A DNA stretch of 38,551 nt, taken from positions 13,268,001 to 13,306,551 of the forward strand of contig NC_073410.1 in assembly GCF_028641065.1 (NCBI RefSeq), given 5' to 3'. Source of the stretch: Leucoraja erinacea. Taxonomy: Eukaryota. Positions 24,773 to 35,118 of this stretch are shown piece by piece. Made by a program: the position numbers and the translations under genes. Under the pieces are notes generated by a model. That model made no database searches. It saw nothing but the letters and a program-made list of their open reading frames with translations, and was not told the origin of the DNA. Position 1 is the first letter of the stretch; each line of letters opens with the position of its first letter.

Positions 24773-25299
24773 CTTTTGCACATCCCCCAAGCCTACCCTC
24801 TGGTCCTTTTAATTTCATGTTAAACTCTGAACATCAATAGCCCATTATCTGTTTATTTGCACTTTATCTGTTTATTTATACATGTATGTATATATTTATA
24901 TAATGGTATATGGACACATTGATCTGTTCTGTATTCATGCCTACCATATTCTGTTGTGCTGAAGCAAAGCAAGAATTTCATTGTCCTATCTGGGACACAT
25001 GACAATAAACTCACTTGAATCTTGTATGTTTCATGTATTTTGTGTTTTTTATGGCATGTTGGCAAATCAATTTCCCTCCTAGGATAAATAAAGTTCTATT
25101 GTATCGTACCCCCCTCTGATTTTGCTCTAGTACTGGGATTTTTTCACAATGTCAGCAAATTACACGAAGCAGAGCATGATGAGAACCTAATTAGAGGAAG
25201 CCATGGATTTGTAGATCAGGTTTCATGTATAACAGGGATTATCTGAATCATTCTCCAGTATCCCCACCCTCTGTCAGCCACAAATGAGGACAACCAGAT

Positions 25300-26190
25300 A
25301 AACACACCATGCTGGAGTAGCTCAGCGGGTCACTTCACTTCACTTTATTGTCATGTGTACCGAGGTACAGTGGAAAGCTTTTGTTGCGTGCTAACCAGTC
25401 AGTGGAAGATTACAGTCGAGCCATCTCTGGAGAAAAGAAATAGGGAATTCAGACGGTGTCTGAAGAAGGGTCTCGACCAGAAACGTCACCTATTTAATGG
25501 CCCCAGTTATGCTGTCTGTCTCGCTGAGTTACTCCAGCATTTTGTGTCTATCATCGGTGTAAACCAGCATCTGCAGTTCCTTCCTACACATGTGGACAGC
25601 CAGATTGGCCTATTAACAAGGGACCCATATACTGCAAGCACAAACCCACACAGGGGCACACATGGACCCAGTAATTCATTCAACCGGGGCCTACTTGAAG
25701 CTGAGTCCCAGTAAGACAATAACCAAACCCCAGTGTAGAAGCTAATTGCATAACATGGATAGGTGACGTCTCAGGTTGGGACACTTCTTCAGACAGTCTG
25801 AAGAATCGAAACAGAAGCATCACATCCGAAACGTTGCCTATCCATGTTCTCCAGAGATGCTGCTTGACCCACTGAGTTACTCCAGCACTTTGTGACTTTT
25901 TTTCCTGACCCAAAGTATCACCTGTCCATTCCCTCCCCTGATGCTGCCTGACATGCTGAGTTCCTCCAGTCCTTGAGTAAAACCCATGTGCTGGAGTAAC
26001 TCAGCAGGTCAGGCAGCATTTGTGGGGCGAATGGACAGGTAGAAACGCAGGTGGCCGCAGTGGCAAATCTGGGTCAGAACAGGGTGGGAAAGCAGCCGGA
26101 CTCACAGAACGAGGGCAGTGACAGAGAGGGACTGGCTGAGTTACTCCAGCACTTTGTGCTTTACTGAAGACCCCAGCATCTGCAGTTCCT
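25300..26190. mobile_element. Cluster of PLE pLTR copies in both orientations
   Basis: At least 6 copies of gctgagttactccagc or its complement; hammerhead-like core at 25460-25487. Confidence 0.7.
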
Positions 26191-26239
26191 TGTGTGTCCT
26201 CCTGCGCCTTTCGTTTTGTTGAAGTTAATTTTGTAACTT

Positions 26240-26720
26240 TTCCTCTGAGTGAGATCCGCCCTGAAAGTAGAAAACGGTGGTGCGATATTTAATAGGCAAT
26301 TATTTAAATGACTGCGGCCAGGATGACACATTCCTCACCTCACCAGCTTGTGCCTGGTGATGTTATTTCCCCACATGATGTGTGAGTGGGCTGTGTAGAA
26401 GAGCGGGCTGTACGTGCACTGTAGCTAGCCGGGCCGGCTCAGTCACAGTGTTGCATCAGCCTCGCTGACCGGGTTACTGCGGGTCACCGCGCTCTGCCCC
26501 CCCCCCCCCCCCCCCCCCTCTCTCTCTCTCCCCCTGTCTCTCTCACATTCACTCTCTCCATTCACTGCGGCCGGGGGCAGGCGCCACAGCTCCTGATGGA
26601 TGCGCGGCCAATCGCAAGCAGGCAGCGGCTTGTATGATGCGGCTCAGCAAATAGGAACGAACTGGCACAAGCCGACTGGAAGTTATTCATTTCTTCCTGG
26701 AACGGAGGCGGTCAGGTGTT
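26240..26720. promoter_or_regulatory. CpG-rich promoter/enhancer-like island
   Basis: Not similar to other repeats in the window and retains many CpGs. Contains a GC box (gatccgccc), TACGTG, GTTGCATCA, a C/CT tract and GGCCAATCG. Confidence 0.45.
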
Positions 26721-26730
26721 GCTGGCGTGA

Positions 26731-26916
26731 TGTGGCTAGTGGCTGCTGGGGTGATGTGCCCGGTGTGTGGCTAGTGGCTGCTGGGGTGATGTGCCCAGTG
26801 TGTGGCTAGTGGCTGCTGGGGTGATGTGCCCAGTGTGTGGCTAGTGGCTGCTGGGGTGATGTGCCCTGTGTGTGGCTAGTGGCTGCTGGGGTGATGTGCC
26901 CTGTGTGTGGCTAGTG
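26731..26916 (+). repeat. 35-bp minisatellite, ~5 copies
   Basis: Unit TGTGGCTAGTGGCTGCTGGGGTGATGTGCCC(A/G/T)GTG starting at 26731, 26766, 26801, 26836, 26871. Confidence 0.95.
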
Positions 26917-27665
26917 AAGTGACCAGAGACTGCTGGTGTAAAGTGACTAGTGACTGCTAGTGTGAACTCACTAGTGACTGCTAATGTGAACTCATTAGTG
27001 ACTGCTGGTGTGAACTCACTAGTGACTGCTAGTGTGAACTCATTAGTGACTACTGGTGTGAACTGACTAGTGACTGCTAGTGTGAACTGACTAGTGACTG
27101 CTAGTGTGAACTCATTAGTGACTGCTAGTGTGAACTGACTAGTAACTGCTAGTGTGAACTGACTAGTGACTGCTGGTGTGAACTCACTAGTGACTGCTCG
27201 TGTGAACTGATTAGTGATTACTAGTGTTCACTCACTAGTGACTACTGGTGTGAACTGACTAATGACTACTGTTGTGAACTGACCAGTGACTGCAAGTGTG
27301 AACTTACTAGTGACTGCTAGTGTGAACTGACTAGTGACTGCTAGTGTGAACTCATTAGTGACTGCTGGTGTGAACTCACTAGTGACTGCTAGTGTTAACT
27401 TATTAGTGACTGCTAGTGTGAACTCACTAGTGACTGCTGGTGTGAACTCACTAGTGACTGCTGGTGTGAACTCACTAGTGACTGCTAGTGTGAACTCATT
27501 AGTGACTGCTAGTGTGAACTCACATTAGTGACTGCTGGTGTGAACTCATTAGTGACTGCTAGTGTGAACTCATTAGTGACTGCTAGTGTGAACTAACTTG
27601 TGACTGTTGTGTGATGTGGCCACTGATGTGACTAGTGACTGCTGACTAGTGATTGCTGGTGTGAA
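26917..27665 (+). repeat. 24-bp minisatellite, ~30 copies
   Basis: Unit CTAGTGACTGCT(A/G)GTGTGAACTCA; produces the spurious TASVNSLV repeat ORF. Confidence 0.95.
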
Positions 27666-27679
27666 ATGATTAGTTCAGT

Positions 27680-27940
27680 GTAGTTTATAGATCCAGCATG
27701 GAAACAGGCCCTTCTGCCCATCGAGTCCATGCCAACCAACCCATACACTAGTTCTATTCTATGCACCAGGGACACTTTACAGAAACCAATTAACCTACAA
27801 ACCCACCGGTCTTTGGAATGTGGGAGGAAACCAAAGCATCTGGATAAACCCCACACAGTCACAGGGAGATCATGCAAATTCTGTACAGACAGCACCCATA
27901 GTCAGGATCAAACTCAAGTGTGTGGCGCTGTAAGGCAGCA
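27680..27940 (-). mobile_element. V-SINE
   Basis: Reverse copy of the SINE consensus. Confidence 0.8.
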
Positions 27941-27964
27941 GCTTGCACTAATGATGTTCACAAA

Positions 27965-28262
27965 TTATAGGAGTAGAATTAGGCCATTCGGCCCATCGAG
28001 TCCACTCCGCCATTCAATCATGGCTGATCACTGCCTCCTAATCCCATTTCCCTGCCTTCTCCACATAACCCTTGACACTTGTACTAATCTAGAACCTGCC
28101 TTAAAAAAATATCCACTGACAGCCTCCATAGCCCTCTGTGGCAATGTTCCTCCTCACCTCCTTTCTAAAAGAGCGCCCTTTAATTCTGAGACTATGAACT
28201 CTGGTCCTAGACTCTCCCACCAGTGGAAACATCCTTTCCACATCCACACTATCTATGCCTTT
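27965..28262 (-). mobile_element. CR1 LINE 3' end
   Basis: aggccattcggcccatcgagtc... tail family. Confidence 0.72.
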
Positions 28263-28337
28263 CTATGTTGCTAGTGACGTTACCAGTGACTGCTGGTACA
28301 AAGGAGGAGGGATTGCTGGTGCGATGTGACCAGTGTC

Positions 28338-28607
28338 TGGCACAGTGGGGCATCTGGTAGAGTTCCTGCCTCACAGCATCAGAGACCCGGGTTCAATCCC
28401 AGCCTCGGGTTTTGTCGGTAGTTTGCACGTTCTCCCTATGACCACGTGGATTTCCTCCCCGTGCTCCAATTTCTTCCCACATCTCAAAGACGAGCCGGTT
28501 TGTAGGTTAAATGGCCTCTGTAAATTGTGTAGGGAGTGGATGAGGAAGTGTGTGGGCCGATGGTCCTGTTACCATGCAGCATCTTTAAAACTATAACTAA
28601 ACTAAAA
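28338..28607 (+). mobile_element. V-SINE
   Basis: Head, V-domain and ctaaactaaa tail. Confidence 0.8.
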
Positions 28608-28904
28608 CTGCTGATGTGATGTGGCTAGTAATGTCTGGTTGACAACACATCCATGCATTTGAAATAATTAGATTTCTCGCTGAGCTAAATGTATTCCTCA
28701 GCCTCTGTGATCAGACGGATTGCAATTTCCCTTAAACTCGTCAATACAATTTAGAAGTCTGATGGAGTTTTTAGGAGTCTGAAGAAGAGCCCCGACCTAA
28801 AACGCCACCCATCCTTTTCCTCCAGAGATGCTAGCTGACCCACTGAGTTCCACCAACACTTGGTATAATGGTATATAGCATGGTATATAATGGTCTATGG
28901 TATA

Positions 28905-29132
28905 AACACAGAGAGTGGTGAATCTGTGGAATTCTCTGCCACAGAAGGTAGTTGAGGCCAGTTCATTGGCTATATTTAAGAGGGAGTTAGATGTGGCCCT
29001 TGTGGCTAAAGGGATCAGGGGGTATGGAGCGAGGCAGGTACAGGATACCGAGTTGGATGATCAGCCATGATCATATTGAATGGCGGTGCAGGCTCGAAGG
29101 GCCAAATGGCCTACTCCTGCAACTATGTTTCT
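28905..29132 (+). mobile_element. CR1/HER1 LINE 3' end
   Basis: Near-identical to 12274-12514. Confidence 0.85.
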
Positions 29133-29457
29133 AAACTAGCATCCGCAGTTCCTTTCTACACAATTTAATTTAGAACTTTGCATAATGCTTCAGTCCAAGG
29201 CTTCACGTATAATTGCATTGAATGAATCCTACACAACTGCTGTCTGCTGTTTCAACATATTTGTAATTTGACGACAGTTCTTTTTGTGTATGGACGACTC
29301 CTGTTCCTGCCAAGTCTCATCGCTCGTGTATATCCACAAACTTCCTTGATCATAATCCTTCCCCGAGCACCAACATTCCCTCAGACACTGATGTCTATCG
29401 ACACTTCCCTGAAACACATCTCCCTGCTCCTAATATATAGGGCCCACTTCCTTAATA

Positions 29458-29730
29458 ACCATATAACCATATAACAATTTCAGCACGGAAACAGGCCATC
29501 TCGGCCCTACAAGTCTGTGCCGAACAACTTTTTTTCCCCTTAGTCCCACCTGCCTGCACTCATACCATAACCCTCCATTCCCTTCTCATCCATATGCCTA
29601 TCCAATTTATTTTTAAATGATACCAATGAACCTGCCTCCACCACTTCCACTGGAAGCTCATTCCACACCGCTACCACTCTCTGAGTAAAGAAGTTCCCCC
29701 TCATATTACCCCTAAACTTCTGTCCCTTAA
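29458..29730 (-). mobile_element. CR1 LINE 3' end (second family)
   Basis: Reverse strand reads FFTQRVVAVWNELPVEVVEAGS; atataacc tail repeat. Confidence 0.8.
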
Positions 29731-30346
29731 TCCTTCATGTCCTTAATCCATTGAGCAGAAAATAAAATCACAGATAACAAATTAACCCAGACACAGGGGG
29801 TGCCAAAACAATTAAACATCGCAGACAAAATGCAGCACAAGCACTAAATGGGGCCTGGAGACCAAGGCCAGAGGAAAAGGTGCCAGAACAGAAAGGTCCC
29901 GACACCAGAGTCCAGAGAGCCAAAGCTCACAGGCAAAGTTTCAGCCAAAGGATTGCTTCATTCTGCCAGTAGTTTCAGATAGGGAAACGTCCCAGTTAGT
30001 GAAGTGGCCCATACAGAGTTCAGAACTGCAGATGCTGGTTAATATGCAAAAGGACACAAATTGCTGGTGTCACTCAGTCTGAAGAAGGGTGTCGACCCGA
30101 AACATCACCCATTCCTTCTCTCCAGGGATACTGCCTGTCCCGCTGAGTTGCTCCAGCTTTTTGTGTCTATCTTTGATTATTGTAAGGATTTTAAATTATG
30201 TCAAAGCTCCAAGGCAGGCAGAATACAACCAGTCAACTTCCTATTTACAGGCTATCCCTGGATTAAAAATGCTCAAATTATGGACACCCACTGAGTGAGC
30301 TCCCATGATAATATTATATTCAGAAGACTGACATCTGTATGTATTT

Positions 30347-30658
30347 AAGAAAGAACTGCAGATGCTGGAAAATCGAAGGTACACAAAAATGCTGGAGAAA
30401 CTCAGTGGATGCAGCAGCATCTATGGAGCGAAGGAAATAGGCAACGTTTCGGGCCGAAACCCGGAAGGGTTTCGGCCCGAAACGTTGCCTATTTCCTTCT
30501 GGGTTTCGGGCCGAAACGTTGCCTATTTCCTTCTGGGTTTCGGGCCGAAACGTTGCCTATTTCCTTCTGGGTTTCGGGCCGAAACGTTGCCTATTTCCTT
30601 CTGGGTTTCGGGCCGAAACGTTGCCTATTTCCTTCGCTCCATAGATGCTGCTGCACCC
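30347..30658. mobile_element. Fold-back PLE pLTR insertion with internal 34-bp tandem array
   Basis: Inverted arms, five 34-bp units (30467-30635), and a 20-bp direct repeat actgacatctgtatgtattt at 30327-30346 and 30659-30678. Confidence 0.85.
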
Positions 30659-30934
30659 ACTGACATCTGTATGTATTTTGTTTCCTACAAACAGCACAGC
30701 GATGAGTCTTGATCGGTCTTTCAGCCGACTTGTATATATTCTTCACATGCCAAACCTTTAAGGGCCATTTCTGGGGAGTTTTTACTAAAACTCTAATCTC
30801 CCTCACTGCAGCTGTGTTGTCCAGTCATTCAAATTTGCCTTCTAGACCTCGAGTCAACCTGTGAACAGGAAGCCCAACTCTTGTCACATGTCACTAATTG
30901 CTTTGTATGTAAATGAATCACTACTGACGACAAC

Positions 30935-31310
30935 CAAAGATCCTGTAGCAAAGCAAGATAGATCACTGGTTGACAAAGACGTAGTACGGTCATGGGCAGA
31001 TTCATGGGTAATTTTCGACCCCATTTCTGTAACCGGCTTCCGTCTCCGCACCAGAGATCCCGTAGCGGAGCTGGTGCGGAGACGGAAACATCCTCGTAAA
31101 AATAAAAGTTTGTTGGTAAAAATCTTCTCCTCATTTTCAGAATTATAATTTATTAACACAAACTGTTCCCCTGCAACGTTGATTACATTGCGTATCGGGT
31201 CGGGTTACTTAAATGGATGAAAAAAAGGCCCACGTTCCGTTCCGTTGCGTATTACACATCAGCCCATTGCATTTAGGAGTGGTCTATCTTGCTCCGCTAT
31301 AGGATCTTTG
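30935..31310. mobile_element. Non-autonomous DNA transposon (376 bp), P-superfamily-like termini
   Basis: 33-bp imperfect TIR CAAAGATCCT(G/A)TAGC..AGCAAGATAGA.CACT; 8-bp TSD acgacaac/acggcaac. Confidence 0.8.
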
Positions 31311-31470
31311 ACGGCAACAGCAACGTGTCTGCCTTTGACCTCAGTCACATGAGTTTGCTTCAATGTCGACTCTGCAACATCTTCACTTTCAAATGCAGTG
31401 TACACAGTGCCTCCGCTTTTCACAGCATCGCTGGTATTGAATTCAATGCCATGTATTCAAGGGAGAGTTA

Positions 31471-31677
31471 AGGGCCCGTTTGGTTGCCGTCATTTGCGCG
31501 TCATGCAGGTGGCGCACGAAGATTTTGTGAATCCCAAATTCCCGGGGCGCCGCGCGTCACTGCCTACGTCACCACGCCTCACCGCACGCCATGCACGCAT
31601 CACGTGTGCGTCACGACACACGCGTAAATTATATCGCGTAAATGACGCGCAAATGACGCCCAAGTGGGACAGGCCCT
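31471..31677. mobile_element. PIF/Harbinger-like MITE, family B (CpG-rich)
   Basis: TTA TSD on both sides; TIR agggcc...cgtcatttgcgcgtcat; homologous to 37235-37438. Confidence 0.82.
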
Positions 31678-31760
31678 TTAGATTTATCTCTTAGGCTTAA
31701 CGGAATCAAGGGATATGGGGAGAAAGCAGGGACGGGGCGATTACTGATTTTGGATGATCA

Positions 31761-31960
31761 TGTGGTGGTCCCTGGGGGGTAGGCCACTCCTTGGATCATC
31801 CCCCTCGACGATTGAGGGACAGGGCGTAGGTCTGCCACGGGGTTTACCGGTCGACTCCCGAGGGGTAGAGATAAGAGTGTCGGTGTGTGTTCTTGAACTG
31901 TTGGAATTAAAAAGCTTCTTTTGAATCCGGTCTTTTCCTGACCTTGACCAGGCCACTGCA
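31761..31960 (+). mobile_element. Solo LTR (200 bp) inserted in a CR1 3' tail
   Basis: TG...CA termini (tgtggtgg/ccactgca); 4-bp TSD ATCA splitting the CR1 motif ggatgatcagcc; internal ATTAAA. Confidence 0.8.
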
Positions 31961-32184
31961 ATCAGCCATTATCATATTGCTGGCTCGAGGGGCCGAATGG
32001 CCTACTCCTGAACCTATTTTCTATGTTTCTATGTTCATATGTTTCTGTGTACCTTATCCCCCCCCTATGATTTTGTCTTTGTTTTTTGATTAATTACATG
32101 TCTGCACTGAGTAGGAGCTGCTTTTAATCTCATTGTACATGTGTATAGTGACAATAAAATGGCATTATTATTATTATTATTATT

Positions 32185-32585
32185 CATACCATTGGGTTGT
32201 AAGCTACCCAAACTAAATATATGATGCTGTTCCTCTAGTTTGCGTCGGGGTCACTGGCTAGAGTGAGACCTCACGCAGACTAGAGTAACTGCGCCCCATA
32301 TTCTGTTTGGGTCGCTCACAACGGTGTGAACATGGAATTCCTCAATTTTAAGTAATAGTTCCCTTCCCCTTCTCTCTTTCCTGTACCTCCACCCATTCTT
32401 CCCACTCTTGTCCCTCTCCCCCCCCTCCCCCCCTCCCCCAATCCTCTTCCACCAATATCCCTCCCTCTGCCTTTACACTTCACTTTATCTAAAACCTTCT
32501 TGTCATCTTTCCGCTTCCAGCCATCGTCCACCCATCTGCCAGTCACAACCTCCTTCACCTTTACCCACCTATCACTTGCCAGACT
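32185..32585. mobile_element. Divergently oriented PLE GIY-YIG/3' UTR remnants
   Basis: Minus strand 32185-32245 reads RKLEEQHHIFSLGSLQPNGM; plus strand from 32318 reads NGVNMEF followed by a C/T-rich UTR. Confidence 0.65.
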
Positions 32586-33386
32586 TTGTCTATCTTAAAT
32601 GTATCAACAGTTCGTTTTATTCCCTTCAATGTTCCTTTTCTGGTCACTTGCTGACTGTCACCCATGTGACTGACCCCCTCCCCACAACAGCCAGCGGGGA
32701 GAGCTATAGAGACCAATCTCCATCTAGTGGACTCAAAAATAAATTCCTTGCCCTCAAAACCAAACAGTTGGAGCGTACAGAGGGAAACAGCACCGCCATG
32801 TGGAGACATCTGGGATGTATGTGCAACCTGGGCTCATTGGTGAACTGTAGCTAGTAAAAAGCAAAGATCCAGGGAGGATAGCAGGCCGGCAAGGGGGGGA
32901 GAGGTCCATGAAGTTGGTGATGGGAGATGGGGCCGTCACTGGACTGCAATGAGTCTTCACCAGCAAAAAATGGCCCTAGACAGAGGCTCCGTGTCATGGT
33001 GTGCCCAGAACTCATCGAGGTATAAACTAGTGGATACAATGGTACGGTGTCTGCTGAAATAAGGCCTCACTCAGTCTGAAGAAGGGCCTGACCTGACCCA
33101 TCACCTGTCCATGTTCTCCTGAGATGCTGCTTGACCCGCTGAGCTACTCCAGCATCTTGTACCTTTGCGTAAAGTATGTTTGCGATGGTCCCAACTCACG
33201 GGATGTGTGCTCAATGGGATTCGCTCCCCCTCACTGTCCTTGTTGCCTGATCTCTATTTCAGGTACTAGGTACCATTCATGGAGAGGCTGGGAAGGAAGA
33301 AACTCTAATGCAATCATGGAGCTAGAATAGAACCATGGTGCCCATGTAGACTCCCCAGATTAATCTGAGATGAATCTATTTTTTTC

Positions 33387-34660
33387 ATTGTATATTGTAT
33401 TGTATTGTATTGTATTGTATATCTTTATTGTCATTTCCTGAGTATTCACATACCCAGAGGAAACAAAAAAACGTTGCTCAACCAGTGTCCATTCAGTGTG
33501 CATTAAAAATAAATAGAAATAAAAATACATGTATCATGAACAAATTTAACACTCTACTAAACATTCAACAGGCATTCCGATCGGCAGCGGCACAACAGTG
33601 GCTCTGCTGCAGTGTGTCCAGGTTGGTGGTTGGTGCGCGATACTTTGGCAGGGGGCAAAGTCCGTTTATCAGTCTTATAGCCTGTGGGAAGAAGCTGAGG
33701 AGCATCCTGCTGGTTTTGCAGCTAATGCTCCTGTACCTCTTCCCAGATGGCAGGATGGAGAATATGTGATGCGATGGGTGGTAGGGGTCTTTGATGATGG
33801 AGATGGCTCTGCTGATACATCTCTTCCTGTATATGTCCAGCAGGAAAGGGAGTGGAGCACCAATAATCCTGCTGGCGGTCTTCACAATCCTGTCTAGTTG
33901 GTGCCGTTCGTACGCCTTGCAGCTCCCGAACCAGGAAGTGATGCCGTAGGTCAATGTGCTCTCGACAGTCCCCCTATAAAAAGTCCGTAGGTGTGTGGTG
34001 GGGAGGCCTGCTTTACGTAGTCTTCGGAGAGGGTGTAGTCGCTGCTGGGCTCCCTTGACCAGAGCTGTGGTGTTGGCCGTGGGCGTCAGGTCATCTGACA
34101 GATGTAGTCCTAAGAACTTTATGCTGCTGACCCTTTCCACATCAGCTCCATCGATGTGCAGAGGTGTATGGTGTTGTTTCCCCGCCCTCCTGAAGTCAAC
34201 CACCATCTCCTTAGTTTTTCCCACGTTGAGAATGAGGTTGTGGGATTTGCACCAACCTGTGAGCAGCTCCACCTCCATCCTGTATGCCGACTCATCATTG
34301 TCACTGATGAGACCCACCACTGTTGTGTCATCAGCGAACTTGTTGATGAAGTTGTTGTTGAGTCTGGCAGTACAGTCGTGTGTCAGCAGACTAAACAGCA
34401 GGGGGCTTAGGACACAGCCTTGGGGTGAGCCAGTGCTCACGGCTATGGTTTTTGATGTCCTACTGCCCACCCTGACTGTCTGCTGCCGTTGCGACAGAAG
34501 GTTCAGGACCCAGTTGCATGTGCCAGCATCAACCCCCAATAGCTCCAACTTCTCCACCAGCTGCTGCGGAATGATTGTATTAAAAGCAGAGCTGAAGTCT
34601 ATGAAGAGGATCCTGGCATAAGTATTTTTCCGATCAAGGTGTGACAGTACGAGATTCATC
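33387..34660 (-). mobile_element. 5'-truncated Rex1/Babar LINE with (CAATA)n tail
   Basis: Uninterrupted RT ORF, short 3' UTR with aataaa, and tattg repeats at ~33390-33420. Confidence 0.92.
33565..34659 (-). CDS. Reverse transcriptase C-terminal part (non-LTR, Rex1/Babar), 364 aa, N-truncated
   Basis: Motifs [47 protein letters not shown]. Confidence 0.9.
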   Translation of the reverse strand: MNLVLSHLDRKNTYARILFIDFSSAFNTIIPQQLVEKLELLGVDAGTCNWVLNLLSQRQQTVRVGSRTSKTIAVSTGSPQGCVLSPLLFSLLTHDCTARLNNNFINKFADDTTVVGLISDNDESAYRMEVELLTGWCKSHNLILNVGKTKEMVVDFRRAGKQHHTPLHIDGADVERVSSIKFLGLHLSDDLTPTANTTALVKGAQQRLHPLRRLRKAGLPTTHLRTFYRGTVESTLTYGITSWFGSCKAYERHQLDRIVKTASRIIGAPLPFLLDIYRKRCISRAISIIKDPYHPSHHIFSILPSGKRYRSISCKTSRMLLSFFPQAIRLINGLCPLPKYRAPTTNLDTLQQSHCCAAADRNAC

Positions 34661-34989
34661 CTCCATACTTCGCAAGTGTTTATGCTGCCATTGCCACTTA
34701 CATTGTGTGACCACTCAACAGATCAACTCCTTACTCTTCCCAAGCCTGACTCCACATGTTTGCATTGTTATTTACATTGTCAGACCTACCCCAACAGACT
34801 TCCCTGCCCACAGCTCGTGCCAGATAGCACATGACATGTGTGTGAAGGAACTGCAGATGCTGCTGCAGATACAGATGCAGATAGCACACAGCAGCCTTCC
34901 AAAGTCAACTGATTAAAAAATAGAGATATCCTACACAGGCCCTTCAGCCCACTGAGTCTGCAAAAACCATCAAGCACCATTTGTCTGAA

Positions 34990-35118
34990 GTCTGAAGAAG
35001 GGTCTCGACCCAAAACGTCACCCATTCCTTCTCTCCACAGATGCTGCCTGTCCCTCTGAGCCACTCCAGCTTTTTGTGTCTATCTTCGGTTTAAACCAAC
35101 ATCTGCAGTTCCTTCCGA
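34990..35118 (+). mobile_element. PLE pLTR copy inside a degraded SINE
   Basis: ctgaagaagggtctcgacccaaaacgtc; GAAA is mutated to AAAA. Confidence 0.75.

Noticed and set aside
26917-27665. CRISPR-like array or repeat protein (TASVNSLV)n
   Set aside because: Contiguous tandem units without unique spacers, no cas genes, and a eukaryotic context. The ORF is a by-product of the 24-bp period.
30362-30712. ORFs with repeated peptides
   Set aside because: Translations of the 34-bp pLTR array.
33995-34621. 208-aa plus-strand ORF
   Set aside because: Antisense shadow of the Rex1 RT ORF.
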